Source of the DNA: Nitrosopumilaceae archaeon
GTDB taxonomy: Archaea > Thermoproteota > Nitrososphaeria > Nitrososphaerales > Nitrosopumilaceae
Assembly: GCA_965207375.1 (NCBI GenBank)
Contig: CBDBMG010000003.1
Coordinates: forward strand, 224,001-288,000
Direction: 5' to 3'
DNA: 64,000 nt
Positions 37,988-64,000 of the stretch are shown piece after piece. The notes beneath the pieces are model-generated. The model was not told the DNA's origin and made no database searches. It worked only from the letters and a program-made list of their open reading frames with translations. The translations under genes and the position numbers were made by a program. Each line of letters begins with the position of its first letter. Position 1 is the stretch's first letter.

Positions 37988-39075
37988 GTACTTAATAGTA
38001 GGGATTGGTAGGAAATCATATGGCTTCCGGAAAATTTCGCGCTTTAAAATCAACCTTGCAATAGGCTTTACCCGAAAAAACAGGCTGGAATGCATTGGTA
38101 AGGCTGAAATGATGCCGTACCTTGGTTAACGAAGCGACAAGTCGAATATTTCGACTTACAGCCAACTTTGAAAATTTCGAAATTCACCTGTATTTCGTCT
38201 GCCGGACGGACGGACGGCCTGCCTGCCTGCCTGCCTGCCGTAAGACCGGGTTGCGCTAGGTGTAGGGCTCCAGAAATTTCACACAATAAAAGGTAATGGC
38301 GGCGGATTTACGAAAATCGTATTCCGAAGACGATTTACCCACTGCGCCATGGCGATTCCCTTTATCCTTCATTCCTTTCCTTGTTCTTTATGTATTCCTT
38401 AGCAAGGTGCGAATCTCACCGAAGGTGACGATAGCCTGTAACGGCTTCTGCTTATTGCGTCACACAAAAATCTGGCTTGCACGTGATATAATTAGTTACA
38501 ATGGCACGATGTTTTCGCGTGTACTCGCGTGTACTTTATTACATCGTGAACTTCGAGATCATAGCCTTGGACAAATAGCTTTTGCTGTTTTTCGAGTGTT
38601 ATTTGCTATCACATAGCTGCTTTGCCATGTAAGCGCGTTGTTAACAAGCGCCTGTAAACAAGCATAATTATTACGTAAGCGCCTGTAACATTTTGTGTGC
38701 CTGCTAAAAGATTATTGAATGCTTAGCATGTATAACAAGTAAACAAACTAGAATGATAAAAAATTAAAAATTTAAAAAGTAAGTAGGGATTGAACTTTGG
38801 ATTCAATAGTGCTACAAAAAGTAAGGAAACAAGGAATAAGATTTTGGGATGAGAGAACATTCTGGCATGAGATAATTTATAAAAGTTTAATCCCTACTTT
38901 TGGCAAACCTACTGAATGAAGTGAGCCAAAAGTAGGGATTAAACTTTTATAAATTATCTCATGCCAGAATGTTCTCTCGTCCTAAAATCTTATTCCTTGT
39001 TTCCTTACTTTTTGTAGCACTATTGAATCCAAAGTTCAATCCCTACTTACTTTTTAAATTTTTAATTTTTTATCA
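37988..39075. mobile_element. Family 2 element, copy with a near-perfect terminal hairpin of about 155-bp arms (last 7 bp displaced to 41248-41254 by a Helitron)
   Basis: Arms about 38747-38904 and 38925-39075. Motif AGTAGGGATTG at the distal end (37998) recurs in the arms. Confidence 0.8.
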
Positions 39076-39839
39076 TCTACTATATAAAGCTGAAAAGCCG
39101 TCTGTCTGTCTGTCCGCACTTTTTGGGCGGTCTGATTCTCAGCCGTGGCTGCATGGATCGACGTCAGACTTGCTCGATGTGATAGCTATGTCTTCTGGCA
39201 TGACGAAGTTTATTTTTAAAAGTTTCTAAGAGTCTTAGTTTTTCGACACGAGTGCCCGACAGACACCCGTGTCGATCCAGACAGCCATTGACCACAGCAA
39301 TCCACCGCACAGTTGGTAACACGGTGAACTTCGACACCTTAGATCGGTGGTAGGGGATTTAGTTACTGCATGTTTTTTTTAGTTTATAAAAACTTTTTTT
39401 ACAAGCTGGTACAGCCTACTATAAGGTGTTAATTAAACAAAGAAACCTCAGTGTAAACAGACAAGGTGTTAACATTCCTATGTGGTGCATATATGGGTAG
39501 GCATTAGGAAGGCTTAGGAGACTAGGTATAGGCTTAGGAGTCTAGGTAGGCTTAGGAGTCTAGGTAGGCATAGGAGACTAGGTAGGCATGGGAAACTATA
39601 TAGGTAGGCATAGGAGACTATATAGGTAGGCTTAGGAGTCTAGACAGGCTTAGGACACCATATACAGGCTTAGAAGATTATAGGTTGGCTTAGGAGACTA
39701 TAGGTATATAGGCTTAGGAGACTATAGGTAGGTATAGGAGACTATAGATAGGCATAGGAGACTATAGGTAGGCATAGGAGACTATAGGTAGGCTTAGGAG
39801 ACTATAGGTAGGCATAGGAGACTATATAGGTAGGCTTAG

Positions 39840-40230
39840 CAGGGGCGGATCTAGGATTTCTGAGAGGGGGGGCTAATCACAGTAGTGGATCTCTGAAGCA
39901 GGGGGTCTGGGGGGCGCAGCCCCCCAGAAGCTATAGGATATTTTGTTTTATGAAGTACAGAAATGCCACCTAATGTAAGATTTAGAGTATTTAATTCAAA
40001 TCTTAAAGTTTTCTGAGAAGGAGCTAACCGAAGTAGTACCAGGGGGTGTGGTGGGTGCAACCCTTTGGAAGGTATAGATTGTTATGCATTGAAATGTACA
40101 AAACATCATTATTTGCAAGAACTAGTGTGTTTTAGTGTGTTTTTATAACAACACATCCATCCTTTTGTATTTCCTGAGATGGCAGGTGGGGGGGCTACAG
40201 CCCCCCTAGCCCCCCCTAAATTCGCCACTG
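39840..40230. mobile_element. CAGGGGCGG MITE nested in the Helitron, 5-bp TSD
   Basis: CAGGGGCGGATCTAGG ... TTCGCCACTG. TSD CTTAG. Confidence 0.8.
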
Positions 40231-40253
40231 CTTAGGAGACTATAGGTAGGCAT

Positions 40254-40644
40254 TAGTGCTGTGCACTTTCACCGAATAACCGATTAATCGATCGGTTATT
40301 TTCAAAATTCCAATAACCGATATTACATGTTAAATAACCGATTAATCGGCTTCTAATTATTTCACTTTAATATATTAGATATTTTAGTAAGACGCACCAA
40401 TTTGACACATAAATTACCTAGACTTTATGATGTACGAGTGAATGTTGTCTCTAGCATGTATATTTATCATATGGTGAATGTACACCTATGTAATTATATG
40501 ATAGCCCACACTCAAAATCTGTAAAGTTTACTCCTCAATTTCCTTGTTGCAACAATGAATATCACTGGTGCCAATTAACCGATAATCGCCAATTATTTAT
40601 TACCAATTAACCGGTGATGAAATTTTTGCAGGTGCACAGCTCTA
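40254..40644. mobile_element. hAT MITE nested in the Helitron, 8-bp TSD
   Basis: TAGTGCTGTGCAC ... GTGCACAGCTCTA. TSD GTAGGCAT. Confidence 0.85.
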
Positions 40645-41407
40645 GTAGGCATAGGAGACTATAGGTAGGCTTAGGAGACTATAGGTAGCCATAGGAGACT
40701 ATAGGTAGGCATAGGAGACTATAGGTAGACATAGGAGACCATGCAGGTAGGCATAGGAGACTAGGTAGGCATAGGAAACTATATAGGTAGGCATAGGAGA
40801 CTATAGGTAGGCATAGGAGACCATGCAGGTAGGCATATGAGACTAGGTAGGCATAGGAGACTAGGTAGGCATAGGAAACTATATAGGTAGGCATAGGAGA
40901 CTATAGGTAGGAGACTTATTAGGCATAGGAAACTATATATATATGGGTAGGCATAAGAGACTATAGGTAGGCATAGGATACTAGGTAGGCATATGAGACC
41001 ATGCAGGTAGGCATATGAGACTAGGTAGGCATAGTAGACTAGGAGACTAGGTAGGCCGAAGACTAGGTATAAGCATAGGAGACTAGGTAGGTTTATAGGA
41101 GCCTATATAGGTACTAGGTAGGCATAGGATAGGACACTATATGTAAATCATTGGTATATAGGTATAGGAGACTAGGCAGCATATGTTACTACCATGCACA
41201 GCATGCATTTAGCAGCACCTGCACGATAGGGCAGGTACGTTTGCTAGTTCTAGTATAAATACAATATGGTTCACTTCATCTGCCTTACCAAACCTTTATC
41301 TGCTGCTACGCCTATGTAATGTATGTCCACGCCTGTAGGTTTCAGGATTGGGCATGTGATAATGTATCATGGTCACTATAACAACCTGCTGATCATGTGA
41401 CACTTAC

Positions 41408-41473
41408 TCCTTTTCCAATCCTCTTGTTAATATCATATTCTCTAGTCATGTGTTCATCAATATCAGCACTCAT
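41408..41473 (-). pseudogene. MAPK15: Orphan first coding exon of a MAPK15 (ERK7/8)-like kinase
   Basis: AATAG|GA-ATG... encodes MSADIDEHMTREYDINKRIGKG then |GTAAGT. This resembles the ERK7/8 N-terminus up to the Gly-rich loop. The expected next exon (AYGIVWKA) was not found downstream. Confidence 0.65.
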
Positions 41474-41799
41474 TCCTATTAATACACACCACCATAATAA
41501 CTAAGACGATTACAATCTATATATTATAATGTCTACATCTTCGTAATCAGAGTAATATAAAGGTGATACAAAATGTGGAAGTCACAAGTTTGTTTACTAT
41601 GGCTGCTATTGACAACCGATAACTAAACATTTCAACTCACGAGTAACACACTTATATAACTTTATCTATCACGCTTACTTTATTGTTCATATAAATGATA
41701 TAACAAGCTAAACATTTAATTAATAAACACTAATATTATTGATCGCTGTATTTCAAATTTTATACACTTGCCATAAATACGTCATACCAGATAAACATC

Positions 41800-42251
41800 G
41801 TAATGCGCGTGCGCAATAGTTACCACATTACAGTAGGTGTCCAGGTGGCGCCAGAGAAGCTGTACATTACACGCGAGGGTCGCTGTGGTTGTAACCAAAA
41901 CCTTGATGGCGCCATACTGGTACATTAGCGGTTTCCTAATATGTCAAGCCATTTGATGCGCGTCTGTGTATAATCAAATTATCAGAGAGGCGAGAAACCA
42001 CAATCGCGCGCCTGCCTAATTTTGCTTATTAAACGTGAGCATCAGTCATTAAACAATGTACCGTTAAAGGCAATTGTGGTTTTAGCAAGTGTTGGGCTGT
42101 GTTTTCTTAACTGATGCTAATGGAATGTGTGTGACCCGATGTGTAATAGCCAAGCCGCAGGACATCACCTTTGTTAACCAAATAATTCATAACTTCAGCC
42201 TACTAGCTCTATCCCTGCAGCATTGCGTGTGAAGCGCCGTAACGTTACAAG
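41800..42251. promoter_or_regulatory. CpG-rich promoter and probable 5'UTR exon of the GREB1-like gene, divergent from the MAPK15-like exon
   Basis: NRF1-type TGCGCGTGCGCA (41804-41815), ATGGCGCCAT (about 41906), CGCGCGCC (42005). Strong donor AAG|GTGAG at 42251/42252. Confidence 0.5.
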
Positions 42252-42609
42252 GTGAGCAGTGCATTGAGTATAGCTGTTTATTGCTTCAGCGATATTTTGC
42301 TATGTAAATAGCGCAAGTAGAGCTAAATATATATTTGCAGTAAAGAGTTCAGCTTTTGTTTTGTCTAGCAAAGTCTTTAAGGAAATTTATGGCTATAGTT
42401 TAACTGACAAATGAATGGTATTTGTTTGTGTAATGTGTGCTGTGTGTATTATGTGGTGTATGTGTGTGTACATATGTGTTGTGTGTGTGTTGTATGTACA
42501 TGTGTGTAGTATGTGTGCATACACATACACATACATTGTGGTATGTGTGTTATTATGGTGTGTAGTATACATACATGATTACCAATGTGTATATTCTTAC
42601 AGCTCAATA

Positions 42610-56963
<14,354 letters not shown>

Positions 56964-57264
56964 TAGCCAGCCAGTCAGCTAGTATAGTAGTTATAGGTAA
57001 TAGTCCATGAGTAGTGATACATGTTGTATAGGTAGGATGTTCCGTGCCTCTGTCAACTGATTTTTTCTTTCTTTATGTTTTAATGCATATTTTTCAATTA
57101 ATTAAACCCTATCATGCTTATAGTTTTCAAATTAATTATACGAGAGATGATGTGCCCCACCCCATTGTCACCTGTAGTCTTAAGCAGCTGGCGCGTAAGT
57201 TGTTATATCACCTGATGAAATGCCACCTTATATATATATGAAGAAATATCGGCAGACCAGAAAT

Positions 57265-57339
57265 TATATAACGCGCATGCGCGTACAACATAATAGATGA
57301 CGTCATAATTGGTGAGGTAAGGGACAAAAGTAGCCAGCC
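57265..57339 (+). promoter_or_regulatory. Compact promoter of the CARD-like gene
   Basis: NRF1-type CGCGCATGCGCG (57272-57283), palindromic CRE TGACGTCA (57298-57305), reverse CCAAT (57308-57312), Kozak-like GCCATGG at 57337. Confidence 0.6.
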
Positions 57340-60300
57340 ATGGCGGATGATGTTAACATGTCTAATGTTGAAGGTGAAACAATAAATCACGTGTTACCTG
57401 AACTAGTAGCCAGCTTAGACTTAGCTGTTATTTTTGACAAGTTGCTGAGGGAGAATTTGATAAGTTCAGAAACTCACGAACACTTGGCAACCTTGCTGGT
57501 CAATGGACTAACAGGTGACGCTGTGAGAGAAACTATGATGAAGATTAAGCGTAATCCTCCCGGATACTTGACTAAGTTTATTAAAGTGTTACAGAGCGAA
57601 GACAGGAGTAAACACTTCGCTGATAGGATAGAGCAAGGTATTATTGTGTTGAGTGGTGTATAGGCTGATAGGATAGAGCAAGGTATTATTGTGTTGAGTG
57701 GTGTATAGGCTGATAGGATAGAGCAAGGTATTATTGTGTTGAGGGGTGTATAGGCTGATAGGATAGAGTAAGGTATTATTGGGTTGAGGGGTATGGGCTT
57801 ACTGGTGTACACTGGTATTAGTAAGGTTATGGGGTAGACAAGATCAATAATATGGACTGGCTTTATTCCTTCACCTTATGTGTTCCCTCCACTGCCTAAC
57901 GGGTAAAGTGGATAACAATACAAGGAGGTGGTACTCCAATAGATTCTATACTTTGAGCTGCAAATGCTGTCAAAATCCAAGTCAAGAGTCAAGCAAAAAT
58001 ATGGCAGGTCAAAGGTGAAAAGGTCCGGTAGATCAAGAGCCAACCTCCCACAGTCAATACTTACGCGATGTACTGAATTTTACACGGACAAGCGATCACG
58101 TGCAAATTTTTGAGTTACCAAAATTAATAGTATTGGAGTCAAAGGTCAAAAGAAAAGTAACACAGTCAAAGGTCGAGTATTGTTTTTAGACCATTTTGAC
58201 CACGGTTGCAGCTCAGATTACAGAGTGTTACCACGACAACATAGTTTGTTGTGAGGGGTCCAACACATGAAGGTTAGATTCAAACTTGTCTAGGTTTGAG
58301 CCTATTATTCCTTCTGGAACTTCCCAAAATTTTTACCCATTATTCCTTTATTATTCTTTATGTCCAAAAATCTATTCGGAAACTGAGCTGTCGATGTCCC
58401 AAGAATAAAGATCTTTTTAAAATGAATTTTTTTCGATGATTAACTGATTATTCTTGCATTGTGCTCATGTCCCAAGATGTGACCCTATAATTCTATCACT
58501 AAAATTGCTACCTATTCTCAGCACATTAGGCTTGAGCCTAATCTTGTCTAAGATTTGGGATTTAAACAAAGATTTGAAATGGGTTATTAAAATTTACTGA
58601 TTGTCAGTTGTATACAATAATCCTAGATTCAGTATGATTCAGACTCCCTGGTTTGTTGTAGATCTTTCCACATAGGGACTTATCACTTGGAGTGGAGGGG
58701 TGAGACACAATTTCAAATCTTGTTGATGGTTCTGCTGAAAATCAAAATCTTACAAATTATCATTTTAGACTACCAAAATATATTTATAAATACAAAATAT
58801 AAATCTCAAATCACCAAAGTCTAGCTTTGATTTAATTTGAAATCTTGTCAATCAAATTGGACCCCTCACTTGCAGTATAAGCAGCCATGATATGAGTCTG
58901 GTAATCAAGATCGTAGGTGTCCATACAAGAAGTATGACTGCACAACTTCTAATGGAGCCAATTGTGCTGTTTACACCATCGTCACCATGGGCTGCAAGAG
59001 GTACAAAGGTCCCTTGACTGAAACAATCTGCCTGTCTATGAGATAACAGAGCTTATGATAATGACCAATTATCAACTTTAGATTTAACCAGACAAATTTA
59101 TCAATGGGGAAGTCAATAAAATTACAATACAAATGTATGGACAATTTTCAATCATTATCATATGCTGTTGCTAGGGGTCCGACCAGTCCGATGTTTATTT
59201 AAGCACAGTGCTAGAGATCTGACCAGTCAGATGTACATTCCAAGCACTAGCCTACATATCCGAACAATCATGTGCGAAAACACACGAACATGGAGAACAG
59301 TTTTCATTAGTGTTTGTTTCAAACTTTGAGAAAAAGAGTTTTTCGACCTTACTTTTTACTGCACATGTCACAGTACATGATTCTAATTAAAAGCAGTAAA
59401 TCTGGCACAATCATGTAACTTGTTCATTATAAGCATGTATGAATGAACTCTAGCCAGTTCAGTACTTCATATTCGATAACTAAATGAACTTGAATTAGAC
59501 GATCACATCAAGCCATGATCATTTCAGTTCAGTTTTGTCGTCGGCCGTCCTATGTAGCCTACTGGTTATCCTATCTTCAGTGCTCTGCAATGCCTTATAA
59601 TACAACTAACAATGAAAGCTTTTTTTAATATCTGGGTAAAAGCGACGTAATCGTCTAATTCAAGTTCATTTAGTTATCGAATACGAAGTACTGAACTGGC
59701 TAGAGTTCATTCAGACGTGTGCTTATACTGAACTAGTTACATGATTATGCCAAATTAATTAGAATCATGCGCTGTGACATGTGCAGTGAAAAGAAAGGAC
59801 AAAAAATTCTTTTTCTCAAAGTTTGAAAACAAAAACTGTTCTCCATCTTTTTGCACGTGATCATTCGGATATGTAGCCTAGCGCTTGAAATGCACATCCG
59901 ACTGGTCGGATCTCTAGCACTGCACTTAAAATAAACATCCGACTGGTTGGACCCTAGCAACAGCGATTATTATAATCAGTAACACTGGTATAGTCCATAT
60001 TATGATCACCTCAGTTGTTAGTAATGTCATATCAAGTAGGAGGTATTTCATCATAATGGATCATGTGATACTGTATGTAATGTATAGTATGGTAGTCATA
60101 GTAACTCACTGGATCATGTGATACTATAGAATATAATACAAGACTACAGAGATACTCAGCACAAAGAGAGGCATCACATGATCTAAGAGAGGCATCACAT
60201 GATCTACCACAGAAGCAAACTACCACAGAACACAACCAAGATGGTGAGTTGTCTACACAAGAGGATCATGAACACTATAATGACTTTTGCTCCCCCTACC

Positions 60301-60875
60301 CTCAACTGCAAGGTCTAGCAATATTACAGTACAGGGTATCTTCTTTCCTACTCCAACTTATTCAGTTCTGAAGTTCCTAAGGCAATGAGCCAAGCTCCTT
60401 CCTGATCGAATTGAGTTTTTACCATCCTTTGACATTATAGATCAATATCTTACTGCTGTTGATCATATCATTGATCAATATATTATTGTATGTGTGTTGA
60501 TCATATCATTGATCAATATATATTGTATAGTGTGTGATGTTGATTGTATCATTGATCAATACGTTGCTGCTATTGATCAACATAAGGATAAACTGTTTGA
60601 TGGTCAGCGATTGATGGCATACAAAATATATTTGATCGAAGCTGGTGCTGTGACTGCTAAGGAGTTTAATGACATAGAAAAGAAGCACAAGAGAAGCAGA
60701 CCAAAGATGGAAGATATCATTGAATTACTGCTAAACAAAAGAGAATTACAACGTTTCATAGGATTGAGTGCTGTAATGTTCCGTTATGCTGAAGTTGATG
60801 CTGATGAGATGTTTCCCTTTGTCGGTTACCTAGGAAATCTACATCCTGCGAAGGGACGACTTACTGTAAAGAAAA
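57340..60875 (+). CDS. Death-fold protein with two CARD-like domains, 5' three exons (continues beyond)
   Basis: Exons 57340-57637 (INHVLPELVASLDLAVIFDKLLRENLISSETHEHL...YLTKFIKVLQ), 60130-60243 (EYNTRLQRYSAQ... linker) and 60531-60875 (IDQHKDKLFD...YLIEAGAVTAKEFNDIEK...KMEDIIELLL) join in phase 1. The CARD call rests on helical pattern only. Confidence 0.65.
57619..57795 (+). repeat. 45-bp tandem repeat x4 spanning the exon 1 donor site
   Basis: GCTGATAGGATAGAGCAAG|GTATTATTGTGTTGAGTGGTGTATAG at 57619, 57664, 57709 and 57754. Confidence 0.95.
58251..58869. mobile_element. MITE with GTGAGGGGTCCAA termini
   Basis: GTGAGGGGTCCAA ... TTGGACCCCTCAC inverted ends. Confidence 0.5.
59164..59964. 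mobile_element. Foldback MITE with imperfect arms of about 340 bp
   Basis: GCTGTTGCTAGGGGTCCGACCAGTC... (59164-59502) is the reverse complement of about 59651-59964. Confidence 0.85.
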
Positions 60876-60908
60876 GTATGCGAACCTGTAAATGTCCCAG
60901 TGTCCCAG

Positions 60909-61600
<692 letters not shown>

Positions 61601-62021
61601 ACAAAAGATCATGATGATTGCTAACTCAATAGTGTAATTTTTTGAGTCTGCTATTATTTTTTATCTAGAAGTGACCTTTTCATGTCATTGTGAAACAGCT
61701 ATTGCAGTTGCTGCATTCATCCTTTAGTGTCCTTCTGTGACATGCCTTCTGGCATTGCCAACACTCTTAATTTCTTATACCTGGATGGATATATACATGT
61801 TAATTGACATATGATTAACTCCACTGCACGCTAAGTGGCTGGTTATTTTCTTTTAGATAACGAAGTGGTTACTGGCTATAGCAAATAGTACATAGCTATG
61901 ATGCTCTTATTCATGTTGATAGTTTTCATTTAACTTTGTCTATATAATTAGCTAGAAGACAGTTGTAACCAAGTTTTATCGCAAATTAGCACACACTCGC
62001 TCACTCACTTACTCACATGCG

Positions 62022-62245
<224 letters not shown>

Positions 62246-63276
62246 AACTCATAAAATGGCTTATGGCTTATTTCATGGCTGAAAACCAGCTTTAAAACCA
62301 AAATTTGTAAAAAGGATGAGTTAAGTATTGTAGCTAGCTAGCTATAGGTGTAGCTATTGTGATAATTGTGTTATGTTTTAATTATTTTAAATATCCCTTA
62401 AATGCATGGGGATTATGATCATTTTACATGCCTAGTTATATCTTATATAAGCAATAGCTAGCTATATGCTGAGAAAAATGGTATATACGTACTCATGTAG
62501 CTATAGTAGCTAGCTAGCTAGCTATCGGATGTTAGCTACAGTGCTTTTTCTGTGTTTTCAAATTAGAACAGCTAACAGTAGCTATAGCTCTCTCTCTCTA
62601 TATATATATATATTTATGTATAATATAGCTAGTTAAATTGGCTACAAAATTTTGTCTTGGAAACATTATTTGCTCATTACGAATCTTGTACAATTTTACA
62701 CTGTGGCTAGCTACTGTAGCTATTTCCACAAAATAATATTACCTTACACTGTTGGTTCAAAACATCAGTCTTTTGGACATGACAGCGATGTAGTAGCTAA
62801 GTATAGCTTTGGGGATTTGGGTATAGTTTGTGGTAAATATTTAGAGAAGACTATACACATGCACATGCAGTAGCTAGCCACTATGCATTGATGAAAGCTC
62901 ATGGAACTTTATTTTGCATCTGTAGTTATAGCAAGTTATATAGATAGTTAGTTAGCATGACACTGTGACAATGTTAACATGATTGATCACCAAAAAAACA
63001 ATGATGTTTAGCTTTAGCTATAGAATAAACCGACAAGGTGGCCAACCATGGGCTATTGACTATATATACATTAACACCTCATATAGTTATATATATCGCA
63101 GTTGCAGTACTGGGCTGGGAAATTGGGTGGCTAAGCTATAATAGCTAGCTACTCACGACAGGTAATTTGTATTTATATAGCAAATGGAAAGAGTTTGAGC
63201 ATGACGTATAAAATATGTTCTATCTTGCAATTGCATCTCTTCATATACCTACTCTTGACTATATATAGGTGGAGTA

Positions 63277-63330
<54 letters not shown>

Positions 63331-64000
63331 ATTATATATTATATAACGTATTATATTATATATACGTACTAGCTATATATATTATATTAACTATATATCT
63401 GTATGCAAATGTGAATGTCCAAGTGAAAACTGATCAGCCTAGTTCACACCTTCGATCATGTTGTGCCAAGTTAATGATCTGTTGATGTTTTTTACTTATA
63501 GCTAGCTAGCTAGCCATCCTGTTATGTAAATTAATATAGACCCTGCATGTAGCCATGTCTTTCATTGTAGCTAAAGCTTTTAAGTGAAGTGTATATAAAC
63601 TAGGCTGGATTTTGCTTGGACAGTCACCAGTGTAATAGCCAGTAGCCATAGCTACGTACCACATCAATTCCTTATCCTATATATAGCTAGCTAGGATGAA
63701 GGATGTATAGAGTGATATGTTATGTTGCATGCAATGTTTATTTTGATGGTATAGCTAGGTAGCTACATGTAGAAGACAAGGAACCAAGCAACATTAGCAT
63801 CTCTTTACATACGTAGCTAATATTTTGTATTAGACTGTATACAGATACGCTTTAATCGTTATAGTTTCAGAATTAGATAGCTATAGCTAGCTAAAGGCTG
63901 CAGTAAGAGATGCACTCATATGAGAGTAGCTAATAGTGTAGAAATTCATAGCTAATAATTATACATGTGCATGCATGCATATAGCAGCATACTGGAGGTG

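Larger units (their letters stand above)
39076..41247 (+). mobile_element. Non-autonomous Helitron carrying a satellite-like array
   Basis: 5' A|TCTACTATATAAAGCTGAAAAG; 3' CCTGCACGATAGGGCAGG hairpin then CTAG|T. Inserted between A and T with no TSD: removing it restores the host arm TTTATCA|TTCTAGT. Internal GGTAGGCATAGGAGACTATA repeats of about 18-22 bp at 39500-41175. Confidence 0.9.

Noticed and set aside
57619-57795. Possible repeat-spacer array
   Set aside because: A pure tandem 45-mer without unique spacers.

Overview
Intron-rich, repeat-rich animal genomic DNA. The Calx-beta exons, microexon-rich genes and repeat types suggest a demosponge; this is an inference. Gene models were built by hand from GT-AG junctions and phase checks. 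(1) Two Calx-beta exons near 1.3-1.7 kb. (2) A head-to-head pair of SLC37-family sugar-phosphate exchanger paralogs whose ATGs are only 132 bp apart. The minus copy is an open frame over 17 exons but has no visible 3' exons. The plus copy is disabled by an element inside exon 6, a frameshift in exon 10 and truncation in exon 16. (3) A 13-kb transposon block containing a Ulp1-protease/PHD ORF, a LINE remnant, a Helitron and foldback elements, followed by an orphan MAPK15-like first exon. (4) A complete 11-coding-exon GREB1-like gene of about 2060 aa, with a permuted SF2-helicase region and a C-terminal glycosyltransferase region whose acidic motifs appear altered. (5) The start of a gene with two tandem CARD-like domains. 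The most unusual repeat feature is two families of apparently Helentron-type non-autonomous elements ending in 150-200-bp near-perfect hairpins. In family 1, the two arms within a copy share variants that the other copy lacks.
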